Below are positions 13,008-22,700 of a stretch of 64,000 nt of DNA, piece after piece. The notes under the pieces are model-generated. The model did not search any database. It saw only the letters and a list, made by a program, of their open reading frames with translations, and was not told the DNA's origin. This DNA comes from an uncultured Gammaproteobacteria bacterium (GTDB lineage Bacteria; Patescibacteriota; Microgenomatia; CAYGWK01), in assembly GCA_964353785.1 (NCBI GenBank), contig CAYGWK010000003.1, forward strand, positions 17,303 through 81,302, given 5' to 3'. The stretch's first letter is position 1; the number at the start of each line of letters is the position of its first letter. The translations under genes and the position numbers were made by a program.

Positions 13008-13466
13008 ATGTTACCACCTGAGAGTGAATTAAGAACTGAATTAAAACCGAAGATGCCAGTTAAGGGGCAGCTCCTGAAAATAATCGAGGAATCCGAAAGA
13101 TTGGGTTTACTTTCGGAAAAAGATAGGCAAAAACTTGCTCTTTGTTTTCCTCTTTGGGGAGTCCATGCTGTTTTGTCCAATTTAGGATTCGTCCTTGGTC
13201 CTGCTTCCGCCGCCATGGTTGCTTCAACCGAGAATCCTCTGGCCCTAGGGCTTAATCTTTTACCCAGCGCTTTACGGCTAGGTTCAATGTTAGCTACCGA
13301 GAAATTATTTAAGGTGAAGTTCAGTAGGCTCTCCAAAGCAATTGCATTTTGGCCCTTTGTCGGCGGTGGTTCAGCCATGCCCGTTGAGATTGCCTCAACC
13401 TTGGGTCTTTCCTACACTAAAACGATACCGGAAAAGATGAAAGACCTTCATCTTCCCTTCCCATGA
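13008..13466 (+). CDS. Hypothetical membrane protein
   Basis: 152-aa ORF with hydrophobic segments. Confidence 0.55.
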   Translation: MLPPESELRTELKPKMPVKGQLLKIIEESERLGLLSEKDRQKLALCFPLWGVHAVLSNLGFVLGPASAAMVASTENPLALGLNLLPSALRLGSMLATEKLFKVKFSRLSKAIAFWPFVGGGSAMPVEIASTLGLSYTKTIPEKMKDLHLPFP

Positions 13467-14401
13467 AAGGTTTCGTGGATTTCGCGGAGTTGACGATTTG
13501 TTACATGAGTGTAAATTTGGGTTGTTGAGATATTTTTGTGTCCTAACATTTCCTGGACCGAGCGAATATCTGCTCCAGCCATCAGTAAATCCGTGGCAAA
13601 AGTGTGGCGCAGTCCATGAGGAGTAATTTTAATCGGGAGCCTTGCTTTTTTAACATACTTTTCCACAATCCGCTGGACAGAGCGAGCAGTTAAGCGCATC
13701 TTCTCACCAGGGGTTGTTGGATCTACCGCTCCGGCTAACCGAACAAATAAAGGTTCCCAAGAATCATCCCGCGCATCCAGGTATTTACGGAGCCAGGAAA
13801 CTGCCCGCTCGGACAAAAACACCAGCCGCGATTTTCCTCCCTTACCAATTACTCCGAATTCTCTCCGCTCCAAATTGATTGAATCCCGATTAAGTTTTGT
13901 AAGTTCCGAAACCCGAAGTCCGGTTGAAAACAGGGTCTCCAGCATCGCCTTGTCTCTTAAACCTTGCAGTTTGGAAATATCTGGTTGAGAAAGCAAACGC
14001 TCAAGTTGTGAGGCATCCAAAAACTTTAAACTCCGTGATTCTCCTTTGGGCAAATCAATTTTTTCAGGCGCTAAAGTTTGGTAATCATTTTTAACTAACC
14101 AGCGCAAAAACGAGCGAAGAGCGATGACGTGATAAGCTTGGGTTTGGCGAGAAAGGGCCTTTCCAGATTTATCAGTGTAGCGGGCCAGGAAAACTCGGTA
14201 TTTTTTTACTGTTTCTAAATTAATATCAACAGGAGCAGGCTTGCCCGCCGAAGCTTTAGCGGAGGCGGGGGAGAGCCAGTTTAAAAAACGAGTTAAATAA
14301 TGCCGATAATCCCGAATAGTCAAGGCAGAACAATTTTTTTCAATTTCCAAGTATTCCAAAAATTCTTCAACTAGTTGAGAAAGCGGGGCAGACTTTGGCA
14401 T
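13448..14401 (-). CDS. xerD: XerC/XerD-like site-specific tyrosine recombinase
   Basis: RDKAMLETLFSTGLRVSEL, GKGGKSR, TPHGLRHTFAT, QEMLGHKNISTTQIYTHV. Start trimmed to MPKSAP. Confidence 0.9.
   Translation of the reverse strand: MPKSAPLSQLVEEFLEYLEIEKNCSALTIRDYRHYLTRFLNWLSPASAKASAGKPAPVDINLETVKKYRVFLARYTDKSGKALSRQTQAYHVIALRSFLRWLVKNDYQTLAPEKIDLPKGESRSLKFLDASQLERLLSQPDISKLQGLRDKAMLETLFSTGLRVSELTKLNRDSINLERREFGVIGKGGKSRLVFLSERAVSWLRKYLDARDDSWEPLFVRLAGAVDPTTPGEKMRLTARSVQRIVEKYVKKARLPIKITPHGLRHTFATDLLMAGADIRSVQEMLGHKNISTTQIYTHVTNRQLREIHETFHGKGR
14240..14269. repeat. 30-bp REP-like hairpin in frame in xer (PASAKASAGK)
   Basis: CTTGCCCGCCGAAGCTTTAGCGGAGGCGGG; covarying sister copy at 52747-52776. 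Confidence 0.7.
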
Positions 14402-14447
14402 TACCCTAATTGTACGACAAACTAATCCTCTGGTCAAACGATGCTTG

Positions 14448-14467
14448 TGGTGAGCGCAGCCGAACCA
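14448..14467. repeat. REP-like palindrome TGGTGAGCGCAGCCGAACCA
   Basis: Related inverted copy at 39439-39458 and a similar core at 45187-45205. Confidence 0.55.
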
Positions 14468-14517
14468 TCAACATTGTGCGACACGACTTGTTAACTGGCA
14501 TTATAATTATTCTAAAG

Positions 14518-14748
14518 GTGAGAAAAGAGAAAGAAACTTTAGAAAATCAAAAAGCGGCTGCCCTTGAAGCTATAAGAAGACTGGGATACGTTCTGGTGAT
14601 ATATCAACACAGACACACAATTTCCGAAAAAGAACTTCTGCTGAAAAGCATTAAAGGATTAAAAGAAAGATTTTTTCCAGATAAAACCTGGAAAGAAATC
14701 TTTTCCAAACCTAACGAGCCCACCAGAGGCTCTAAAACGGCTTTTTGA
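14518..14748 (+). CDS. Small hypothetical protein
   Basis: Probable GTG start 9 nt after TATAAT; 76 aa. Confidence 0.35.
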   Translation: MRKEKETLENQKAAALEAIRRLGYVLVIYQHRHTISEKELLLKSIKGLKERFFPDKTWKEIFSKPNEPTRGSKTAF

Positions 14749-15032
14749 GAAGGGAAAGCAGTAGAAAGGTCGTCTTGGGCGGGAATTTTAAGATTTAAAA
14801 CTTTTGCGGAGATTTTTTTAAAAAATTTTGATAAGAAAAATGTTGGGGGAGAGGGAAGAGTTTTATACCCCGCGAGTTTTGGGTTTTTTTCGGAAATCAG
14901 AAAAGTTGGAAAACTCTTATAAATGGAGAACAATAGAAAACATCTTATTAATCTCAAGACTAAATGAATAAGTTCTTTTTATGAATAAAAGACAAAGGCT
15001 GGTTTAACCCTCCTCCGAAGGAGACAGGAGGT

Positions 15033-15060
15033 ACGTCGCAAAAGTATTATTGTGCGACAG
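15033..15060. other. dif-like Xer recombination site (11-6-11)
   Basis: ACGTCGCAAAA-GTATTA-TTGTGCGACAG: inverted arms around a 6-bp AT-rich spacer, intergenic, about 630 bp from the xer start. Confidence 0.65.
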
Positions 15061-15448
15061 TGTAAGAACTTCACTCCCTATCTTCCGTGTCTCTCTAAAT
15101 TTTTAGGTGGCGTCCCCTTGTGGGGAATAAAGGTAGAAGACTTCTTACGCCTCTGTGCCCCGGTAGAACACTCAGAAGAAATCTTAAACACTATTACAGC
15201 TTCTTTTAGACTCTCTTCAAAGAGAAGAGTACTCTAGCCCAAGTTATCCACAGGACTATATCAGACTATATCATTGATTTGTGCGGTAACATTGGCACAA
15301 TTAGCACTTTTTCTCCTCAATTGATAGACATGTGAAAAAAGCCGATAGTTTTCGTGAAAATTCCCGCACTTATTATAGGCTTCCCCATTAATTCCTACTT
15401 TCTATATCCACATCTACTCTGCTTCCCCTCTCCCCTGGTGGATGGGTG

Positions 15449-16246
15449 TCAAAAAATTTTGGAATTGCCTGTTATTGAATCTAATTGAAAACTTACCAAG
15501 AGTGCGTTAATTAAAAGATCTGGAACGACTTTTGTTTCAGGAGTAGTTTCGGGACTCTCCCCTTTCCTCACCTTTATCACCCTAGAAAGAATTCTAATAT
15601 TTTTCTTGACGTATTCATCTGCAAAGTTTTCTTCTCTTTGTCGAAGCTGCATTTCTACAGATTTCTTTTTATCCAGAATTGTATGTCCAAATTCATGTCC
15701 TAGAGTATCCGAAAGGATTACGCCCCGTTTTTTTTGAGAAATTTTTTCTTTTGGCAAAGTATTTATCACGATTAAGATTTCGCTCGATTCTAATAGAGTC
15801 CTTAAACCACCAAGAGGGTATTTGTACCCACTAATTACTTCTCCATTTCCAGCGTAATGGGGCAATTCGGCATCTGTAAAAACCAAAACGAGAGACGACC
15901 CCTTTAGAGATCCTATCTCTGGTAATTGAGACAGTCTCTTCCAGTTAACCTCAAAGTTAAATTTCTTCGAATGGTCAATAACTAAAACCCTCTTAAAATT
16001 AAGTATTTCTTCGGCTTTTTTATCCTGAAACTCCTCCATGCGCCGACCAAAAAGGCTTAATAAAAAATCTAGATCATTTATTTTCTCGTAAGGCCCCAAT
16101 TCTGGATTATGGTATCTGGTATAAAAATCACCCCCAACAGCCCCTACCATACCGCCTGCAACTAAGCACCTTATTAAAAAGGACAACGACGAGAGTTTTT
16201 TATCCGGGATTGGTGATAATTCTTTCGACATTCGTTTAAACAGCAA
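15449..16246 (-). CDS. Membrane-anchored putative zincin metallopeptidase
   Basis: N-terminal hydrophobic helix, GHEFGH (HExxH) and downstream EENFADEY. Confidence 0.55.
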   Translation of the reverse strand: MLFKRMSKELSPIPDKKLSSLSFLIRCLVAGGMVGAVGGDFYTRYHNPELGPYEKINDLDFLLSLFGRRMEEFQDKKAEEILNFKRVLVIDHSKKFNFEVNWKRLSQLPEIGSLKGSSLVLVFTDAELPHYAGNGEVISGYKYPLGGLRTLLESSEILIVINTLPKEKISQKKRGVILSDTLGHEFGHTILDKKKSVEMQLRQREENFADEYVKKNIRILSRVIKVRKGESPETTPETKVVPDLLINALLVSFQLDSITGNSKIF

Positions 16247-16345
16247 GAGAATTATATCATGCTACCTTTTTCTTGCAAAAACTATAAGGTTTTTATATAA
16301 TCTTCAACAAGCCCTTTGACAAAAAGATGAGAAAGGAGAAGAACC

Positions 16346-16741
16346 ATGAGGTGGAAAAGAACCTCGGTAAGCTTAAGGCAAGCGATCTTCTACAGCGCCT
16401 TACTCCTTGCCGCCAATTTCATTGACATGGTTGTAACAAAACTAGGGTTTTCTCTTGGTTATACAGAAAGAGGGATAGCGCCGGCCATTGCAAGCTGGAG
16501 TCATGTCTGGCATTGGAAGTGGCTGGTCTGCTTTACCCTAATTGTTTCTCTTTTTGCCGTCTGGAGAAAACCCAAAATTAGATGGTTTTTTGCCCAACTG
16601 GTTTTCGGAGTCGCCTTCGTTATGCTTTTCGTCCAGTTTATGTCAGTATTCGACATTGCCGCATTGAAGTACTGCGAGCAAATACTGGTGATTTTGAAAA
16701 ATATTCAGTTATTTGTCAGGGGGCTCTTAGGGCAGTCTTAA
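16346..16741 (+). CDS. Hypothetical membrane protein
   Basis: AAGGAG SD; three hydrophobic segments; NFIDMVVT motif. Confidence 0.65.
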   Translation: MRWKRTSVSLRQAIFYSALLLAANFIDMVVTKLGFSLGYTERGIAPAIASWSHVWHWKWLVCFTLIVSLFAVWRKPKIRWFFAQLVFGVAFVMLFVQFMSVFDIAALKYCEQILVILKNIQLFVRGLLGQS

Positions 16742-16793
16742 TTTGCTCAAAAAGTTTTAAAAGACTGCCCTAATTTAATATCTTTTTGGCTCA

Positions 16794-17093
16794 TTAAAAA
16801 GGTTCTGGCAATTTTCTCTGATGAGTTTTTTTAATTTCTTCCCTGAGTGCGCCATAGAATGTATTTTTATCTTTTGGGCTTCTTGGCACCCAGCCCGTAG
16901 GTGTTCCTCCAAACCAAAGCGCCCCATCGCCTATTTCTGTTGTTATCCAAGGAAACAACTCTCCTTCTTTTTTTGTGTATCTAATAAAATCTTTGCCTTC
17001 AAAGGAAGGTCTACAACTGACTGTTACTCCTCCAGGGACTCCAATTTTTTTAACTACTAAACCCTCTTTTACCTCTTTAGGTGTTTCGCTCAT
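16794..17093 (-). CDS. Hypothetical protein
   Basis: GGAGG SD before MSETPKE; follows the upstream membrane protein gene. Confidence 0.55.
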   Translation of the reverse strand: MSETPKEVKEGLVVKKIGVPGGVTVSCRPSFEGKDFIRYTKKEGELFPWITTEIGDGALWFGGTPTGWVPRSPKDKNTFYGALREEIKKTHQRKLPEPF

Positions 17094-17095
17094 TT

Positions 17096-17866
17096 TTATC
17101 CTCCCCATCTGGCTGTTCCAAGCATGACCAATAATACCACAATTCCAACCCCAAGATATTCATAAATTGTTTGCTTAAAAAGTCTCTCCTGAAATTCTGC
17201 CTGAACCAAACCTAAAGTCACATAAATTGAGGTGGTTAGAAAAAGCGAAGCCATAGCAATAGTCACTGGATAAAAGGAAATGATAAAAGCCATCTCTCCA
17301 GAAACCAAAGACAGAAAAATAGTATAATCTAAAATTCTTCTGGTTAATTTCTCTTCGAGATTAACCGACCAGAGTCCCTGAAGAAATAGAGGTAGAGAGA
17401 CCCCAAACACCAAAAGAGAATTCCACCATCCAGAAATTCTAAAGGAAAAAATGGTGTCAAAAAGAAAAAAGGCGGTCAAAAGGGTCAGTAAAAAACCAAC
17501 TGCGTGAGCGGCCCGGAGAAGTTGAATGGTGCGAATGGCAGCTACGGAAAAGATATTTTCTGTCAAAAGTAAAGCATAAATCCCAACTGCGTAAAGGGCA
17601 ACCACCGGCAGCTGGGAAAAAATGTTGGCCGGCAGTAAAAAATAAAAAAGTCCAACTCCGGCGGTAAAAAGAGTCGGCAGGATGGCAGTGGTCAGAAAAC
17701 GGATTCCAGACAAGGCTTCTTTAAGCGACCAAAGAGTTAAAAGAGCGGAGACTAGAGTTAAACCAAAAATTGCCTGATAACGAAACTCTGGCTCAAGTGT
17801 CTGGATTGCCAAAAGCCCACCAGCTAAAACTGCCGAGGTTAAAATGAATTTCTGTCTTTTAGACAT
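17096..17866 (-). CDS. Polytopic membrane protein (DUF5656-like)
   Basis: About 8 TM helices, NIFSVAAIRTIQLLRAA; overlaps the yebC stop. Confidence 0.7.
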   Translation of the reverse strand: MSKRQKFILTSAVLAGGLLAIQTLEPEFRYQAIFGLTLVSALLTLWSLKEALSGIRFLTTAILPTLFTAGVGLFYFLLPANIFSQLPVVALYAVGIYALLLTENIFSVAAIRTIQLLRAAHAVGFLLTLLTAFFLFDTIFSFRISGWWNSLLVFGVSLPLFLQGLWSVNLEEKLTRRILDYTIFLSLVSGEMAFIISFYPVTIAMASLFLTTSIYVTLGLVQAEFQERLFKQTIYEYLGVGIVVLLVMLGTARWGG

Positions 17867-18596
17867 ATTCTTGCGGAATATCAAAATTGGCAAAAACTTT
17901 CTGAACGTCTTCCTGTTCTTCGATTTTCTCCAGAAAATCCAAAACTTTTTGGGCAGTTTCTTTATCCGGAATCGGGACTGTGGTTTTTGGTTTCATCGTT
18001 ATCTCAAAATTTGAGATTTTAAAACCGGCCTCGGTTAGTTTTTTCTTCATCTCTTCAAGATTTTCTACTTTAGCATAGACCTCAATCGCATCTTGAGCCT
18101 CTTCAACATCCTCTGCTCCAAGGTCGATAATAGACAAGATGCTTTCTTGCGGATTTTGGGGTTTCTCCAGAGTTATAAGAGCGGTCTTTTCAAACAGGAA
18201 AGACACCGACCCCGGCCCAACCAGCTTCCCCCCTCCCCTCTCAAAAATATTTTTAATTTCCTGGGCAGTCCTTTGTTTATTATCAGTGGCTGTCTCAACA
18301 ATTATGGCAGTCCCAGCCGGACCAAAACCTTCATAGGCTACTTCTTCCCACTTCTCACTTCCATCTTGCCCACTTCCTCTAGCGATTGCTTTTTGGATAT
18401 TTTCCTTGGGCATGTTCAAAGCCCTGGCTTTCTCAATTGCCAGTCTTAATTTGAAGTTTTTCTCCGGGTCAGTTATTCCGGTTTGGCGGACGGCTAAAGT
18501 TACGGCATTAGCCACTTTAGTCCAAGCCAGACCTTTTTTGGCATCAGTAGTCTCTTTTTGCCGGTGTATCGTCGCCCACTTCGAATGTCCAGACAT
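17859..18596 (-). CDS. yebC: YebC/PmpR family protein
   Basis: MSGHSKWATI, NMPKENI, YEGFGPAG, TDNKQRT. Confidence 0.95.
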   Translation of the reverse strand: MSGHSKWATIHRQKETTDAKKGLAWTKVANAVTLAVRQTGITDPEKNFKLRLAIEKARALNMPKENIQKAIARGSGQDGSEKWEEVAYEGFGPAGTAIIVETATDNKQRTAQEIKNIFERGGGKLVGPGSVSFLFEKTALITLEKPQNPQESILSIIDLGAEDVEEAQDAIEVYAKVENLEEMKKKLTEAGFKISNFEITMKPKTTVPIPDKETAQKVLDFLEKIEEQEDVQKVFANFDIPQEYV

Positions 18597-18650
18597 AAAT
18601 TAGTTATATTCTAACAGAATTTCCACTAAAAATCTGCGTTTGGAGACGAG

Positions 18651-18701
18651 GGCAGGTATAATTTTTGCGCTAGTCAAGATGGCGAGGTAACAATTTTTGC
18701 G
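18651..18701 (+). repeat. Two truncated left ends of the ~155-nt element
   Basis: GGCAGGTATAATTTTTGCG (18651-18669) and GGCGAGGTAACAATTTTTGCG (18681-18701) precede full copy A. Confidence 0.6.
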
Positions 18702-18723
18702 TTTTTTAATCTTTTAATAAGGG

Positions 18724-18871
18724 GGCGAGGGTAGAATTTTTGTGAAGGTTTCATCTGGCAAGCCCGAGGACAACGGAACACAACTCGACTTCCAGACTTC
18801 AGAATCCGAGGGCGGTCCGCCGATTCGGCGGAGGCCATGTCGAAACCGAACAACAAATTCCTACCCGAGCC
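18724..18871 (+). mobile_element. Structured palindromic element, copy A (MITE-like or ncRNA)
   Basis: Termini GGCGAGGGTAGAATTT...AAATTCCTACCCGAGCC; core TGGCAAGC and GGAACACAAC shared with copies at 36349 and 56022. Confidence 0.75.
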
Positions 18872-18875
18872 ACTT

Positions 18876-19859
18876 TCACTTCTGGCTTAACTTCTGCCAA
18901 TAATTTTCGCCTAAGATAACAGTTATCTCTGTTTTTCCTTCCTCTTTTTTCTCCTGCCAGCTGCAACCAAAAATTTTTATAATTTTCCTTACCGTATAAG
19001 TTTCTTTTTTATTCTTCCCGCTACCCACGACACACTTCTCACTTCCCGCTTCTGAATTCCCTACCCAAACCACTTCCCCACCTAAATTGGATAAAATTCT
19101 TGCTCCTTTTTCGGCCAAGCCCAAGTGAGTTGTTCCATTTAAAACCTCAATTGAAAATCCCTCTTGTTTAAAGGCTAAATCAGAAAAATATTTCTGAATT
19201 AGGGGATCAAGTATTGAAGAATCAATCTCAAAAACTACTGTTCCATCAGGCAGTTTACTTTGGGTCAAAACATTAAGTTTCCCTAAATCCAAAATTTCTA
19301 CATTCCCTGCTTTTACCTTTTTAATTTCCCACCAAAGCCTGGCTAAATCCCACCGGCTGAAATTGGTTATCTTTTTCTGAAAAATTTGATTTCCCATCTC
19401 GCAGAGAATTTTTTCTTTGACATTTGACATTTGACATTTGACATTTGACATTCCTATCCATCCTTCAACCGGCACAGCCAGAGATTCTTGGGCACTTTCC
19501 GCCAAAAGAGCTTCTCTCTTCTCGAGTTTTTCAAGACCAGGGATTGCCTCTACTTTATATTTTCCATAACCATGGCAAACTTCAAGTAGGGTTTGATTGG
19601 GAATCAGAATTAAGCTTAGATTCTCCTGGTTTGGCTCAAACGAGGCCAAAATCGTCTCTTCTCCTTTGAGTACAAAATTTATCCTATCTCGGCCATTCCA
19701 GAGGCTTCTCCGCACCAACTGAAATACTTTAAAAGTGATTCCTCCCAGAAGAAGCAGACAAATAACGAATAACCATAAACGGATAACCAAAAAGTTAATT
19801 TTTTGCTTTTTCTCTTTTTGTTCCTTTTGCCACCGAGGCTGGTTTGCTGCTTTAACCAT
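18876..19859 (-). CDS. LytR C-terminal domain (LCP-like) membrane protein
   Basis: N-terminal TM, IEVLNGTTHLGLAEKGARIL, ITVILGEN. Confidence 0.75.
   Translation of the reverse strand: MVKAANQPRWQKEQKEKKQKINFLVIRLWLFVICLLLLGGITFKVFQLVRRSLWNGRDRINFVLKGEETILASFEPNQENLSLILIPNQTLLEVCHGYGKYKVEAIPGLEKLEKREALLAESAQESLAVPVEGWIGMSNVKCQMSNVKEKILCEMGNQIFQKKITNFSRWDLARLWWEIKKVKAGNVEILDLGKLNVLTQSKLPDGTVVFEIDSSILDPLIQKYFSDLAFKQEGFSIEVLNGTTHLGLAEKGARILSNLGGEVVWVGNSEAGSEKCVVGSGKNKKETYTVRKIIKIFGCSWQEKKEEGKTEITVILGENYWQKLSQK
19416..19450. repeat. (TTTGACA)5 heptamer tandem repeat inside a CDS
   Basis: Five perfect copies, translated as MSNVKCQMSNVK. Confidence 0.9.
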
Positions 19860-19868
19860 TTTAGTTTT

Positions 19869-21584
19869 CTACTCCATCCCGTGTTCAATTTTAATTCTTT
19901 TTATTTTCCCGGCCACCCCTTCTTTCTCTTCTCCAAAGGCTTGAAGAATTCGGTGAATCATTGAAAGTGAGGCCTCAAATTCCGGCATGATCACTGTCTG
20001 TACCCCTAAAGCCTTAAGTCTAGCTTGGTCTTCCTCAAAGTGGCTTCGGCAGATAATATTTATCTTAGAGTTTAAAGTCAGGGCGTTGCCGATAACTAAC
20101 TCTTGGGTATGTCTGTCCGGAATAGCAATCACGATTACCTTGGCCTTATCAACTTGGGCAAAATCCAAAACCTCCAAATCCGCTGGATCTCCATAAACTA
20201 CCGGAATCCCTTTCTCCTTTAAATCGGAAACCACTTTTTGATTAAAATCTAAAACAATAAAAGGAATTTCTGATATTTGACAAGCCCGACCAAGCCAGGA
20301 GCCAACCCGTCCATAACCACAAATAACAACATGATTTTCAAGCGGTAATTCTTCTTGAGCCTCTCTTCGATCAAATCTGGCAAAAACTAAAGAATAAATT
20401 TTGGGAAATCTGGTTGAAGTTGTCTTTCTTACTTTGGTATAAACTTTTGGCGCCAAGTTAAAGAAAAATGGAGTCAAAACAATTGTTAAAAGGGCCACCG
20501 ATAAAATATAAGAATACAAATCTGCGGTTATGAGATTTTGAGAGATTCCAGTTCGCGCCAAAACAAAAGAAAATTCCCCAACTTGAACTAAACCTACCCC
20601 AACGAGAAAGGCGGTCTTTGAGTGATAGCCAAGATATAAAACCAAAGCCATAACAATTAAAAGTTTGAGAATGATAACAACTAAGGAAAGCCCCAAAATC
20701 TGGCCAAGGTGGGAAAATAAAAATTCAGGTGCAAGCATCATTCCTAAGCTAACGAAAAAGACAATGGAAAAAATATCTCGCAAGGGCCTAATTTCGGAAA
20801 AAATCGCATGATTTTGCGAGGATTCGGAAATTAAAATTCCCGCTAAAAATGCTCCTAAAGCAAAAGAAAGTCCCAGAGCATAAGTTCCCGAGGCGGCCAA
20901 AAGGCATAAAGCCACCACTGCCAAAAGTAAGATTTCTCGAGAGTTGACCGCCGCCACCTTATCTAAAATTTTAGGAACTGCCTTTCTACCAACAACAAGA
21001 ATAAGAAAAAGAAAAACTCCGATTTTCCCAAGAGTCAGGGGAATTTGCCAAAGAGGCAGGCTTTCCAAAACAGCAATTTTTGGCAAGATTAAAAGCATTG
21101 GTAAAACCGTCAAATCCTGGACAAGTGACCAAGCAAGCATAATTTCTCCAGGCAAGGAATCCAGCATTCCCTTTTCGGCTAAAATCTTGGTGATAATCGC
21201 GGTTGAAGAGAGAGAAAAACAGGAGGCTAAAAATAAAGAAGAATAAAAGTCAAATCCAAAACGGGGGAAAATTAAAATCCCAAGAAAAATAAAAGCCAGA
21301 ATCTGAATTACTCCTCCCCAAAAAGCCACCGCCCGAACCCTCGCCAGTCTAGCAAAAGAAAATTCAATTCCTAAAGAAAACAAAAGCAAAGCCACCCCTA
21401 TTTCGGCTAAAGGCTCAAGCTGTCCCCTTCCGGAAATTGCCGAAACTGCCAAGGAACCAATCGTCACCCCGGCTAAGACATAACCCAAAATTAAAGGTTG
21501 ACGGAGTTTTCTGGCGATCCATCCGCCCAAAAAAGCCAAAGAAAGAATTATTAAAAGGTCAAAAACCAGGGTTAAGTCTGGCAT
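19869..21584 (-). CDS. CPA2 cation:proton antiporter with TrkA-N domain (Kef/YbaL-like)
   Basis: LAEIGVALLLFSLGIEFS, LSSTAII, QVGEFSFVL, HVVICGYGRVG, YGDPAD. Confidence 0.92.
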   Translation of the reverse strand: MPDLTLVFDLLIILSLAFLGGWIARKLRQPLILGYVLAGVTIGSLAVSAISGRGQLEPLAEIGVALLLFSLGIEFSFARLARVRAVAFWGGVIQILAFIFLGILIFPRFGFDFYSSLFLASCFSLSSTAIITKILAEKGMLDSLPGEIMLAWSLVQDLTVLPMLLILPKIAVLESLPLWQIPLTLGKIGVFLFLILVVGRKAVPKILDKVAAVNSREILLLAVVALCLLAASGTYALGLSFALGAFLAGILISESSQNHAIFSEIRPLRDIFSIVFFVSLGMMLAPEFLFSHLGQILGLSLVVIILKLLIVMALVLYLGYHSKTAFLVGVGLVQVGEFSFVLARTGISQNLITADLYSYILSVALLTIVLTPFFFNLAPKVYTKVRKTTSTRFPKIYSLVFARFDRREAQEELPLENHVVICGYGRVGSWLGRACQISEIPFIVLDFNQKVVSDLKEKGIPVVYGDPADLEVLDFAQVDKAKVIVIAIPDRHTQELVIGNALTLNSKINIICRSHFEEDQARLKALGVQTVIMPEFEASLSMIHRILQAFGEEKEGVAGKIKRIKIEHGME

Positions 21585-21595
21585 TAAGTTTAATA

Positions 21596-22303
21596 TTAGA
21601 AGATATTCGCCTTCTCGTCAATTTTTAGGTCCTCTGGAAGCGGTAAGGAGAATTCAACCAGTTTTCCGGTTCTAGGGTGAAAAAATCCTAAATACGAAGC
21701 GTGCAAAAACATTCTCGGAAAAATTTTTCGGTCTTCTCTTGAGGTTTTTCGGCCAGCATATTTTTCGTCAGCGACAATTGGATACCCCAGATATTTCAGG
21801 TGAACCCGAATCTGATGAGTTCGACCGGTTTCGGGAGTAAGCTCAAGAAGGGTATAGATTTCAGATTCTAGATTATAGATTTTAGATACTCTGTATTTCG
21901 TCAAAGCTACCCTTCCTCCTGGCACCACTCCAAACTTTTCCCGGCTCCAGGGAATTCTGCCGACTGGCGCTTTTATCTCACCTTCGCCAGGTTCTACTTT
22001 CCCATGAACCAAGGCTAAATATTTTTTCTTTACCCTTCTTTCCTTAAATTGTTTCTGAAGATCTAAAAAATCCTCCGGAGTTTTGGCAACAAGCAAGATT
22101 CCCGAAGTCTCTTTATCTAACCGGTGAACAATGCCTGCTCTCCCACCAATTCCTAATTTCGAATTTCTAATTTCTAATTTCTTTTCCACCCAATCTTGAA
22201 CCGTCTCCTCGCCTCTGGTGGTTTCTGCTTTATTGACCACCATCCCCGCTGGTTTTTCCAAAACCAAAATCTCGTCGTCTTCAAATAAAATTTTAGGAAG
22301 CAT
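21596..22303 (-). CDS. RluA/RluD family pseudouridine synthase
   Basis: GIVHRLDKETSG, TGRTHQIRVH, FLHASYLGF. Start trimmed to MLPKILF. Confidence 0.93.
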   Translation of the reverse strand: MLPKILFEDDEILVLEKPAGMVVNKAETTRGEETVQDWVEKKLEIRNSKLGIGGRAGIVHRLDKETSGILLVAKTPEDFLDLQKQFKERRVKKKYLALVHGKVEPGEGEIKAPVGRIPWSREKFGVVPGGRVALTKYRVSKIYNLESEIYTLLELTPETGRTHQIRVHLKYLGYPIVADEKYAGRKTSREDRKIFPRMFLHASYLGFFHPRTGKLVEFSLPLPEDLKIDEKANIF

Positions 22304-22328
22304 ATTCCTACCCGCAGAAGTTACTGAT

Positions 22329-22700
22329 TTACTTTTCTTTCTTTTTCTCGCACTCAATACAAAGCGTGGCTTCGGGTTTTATCATTAACCTGTCGGTATC
22401 AATCATTCTGCCGCACTTTTCACAAATCCCATATTTGCCAATTTTAATTTTAGTCAAGGCTTTTCTGATATCAATCAGTCTCCTATCAATTTCTTTTTTC
22501 ATCGCCTCTATCCTCGCATGACCAAACTGCTCCCTGGCATCGGAATCTGTAGCGGCATTGTCGGTCAGTCTTTCAGTATCGGCGAATGGGTCCTCTTTTT
22601 CAAGAACCTTTTTTCTTTCTTCAAGTTTTTTTGCTTCAAGATGAAGAAACTGTTTTATTGGTTTTAAAACACTCGCTGGAAAGGAAATTTTACTTCTCAT
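22329..22700 (-). CDS. TraR/DksA C4 zinc-finger protein
   Basis: YGICEKCG...RL..KPEATLCIEC. Confidence 0.88.
   Translation of the reverse strand: MRSKISFPASVLKPIKQFLHLEAKKLEERKKVLEKEDPFADTERLTDNAATDSDAREQFGHARIEAMKKEIDRRLIDIRKALTKIKIGKYGICEKCGRMIDTDRLMIKPEATLCIECEKKKEK

Noticed and set aside
13448-14401. Prophage or integron integrase
   Set aside because: The sequence is XerC/D-like without an evident IntI insertion, and there are no phage genes or attC array.
15244-15252. oriC, from a perfect DnaA box TTATCCACA
   Set aside because: Only one box was seen, there is no dnaA/dnaN, and gene orientation plus the dif-like site point to a terminus instead.
18724-18871. tRNA, SRP RNA or hammerhead identity for the 155-nt element
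   Set aside because: No T-loop/anticodon cloverleaf, SRP domain IV motif or CUGAUGA/GAAA core was found on either strand by eye.
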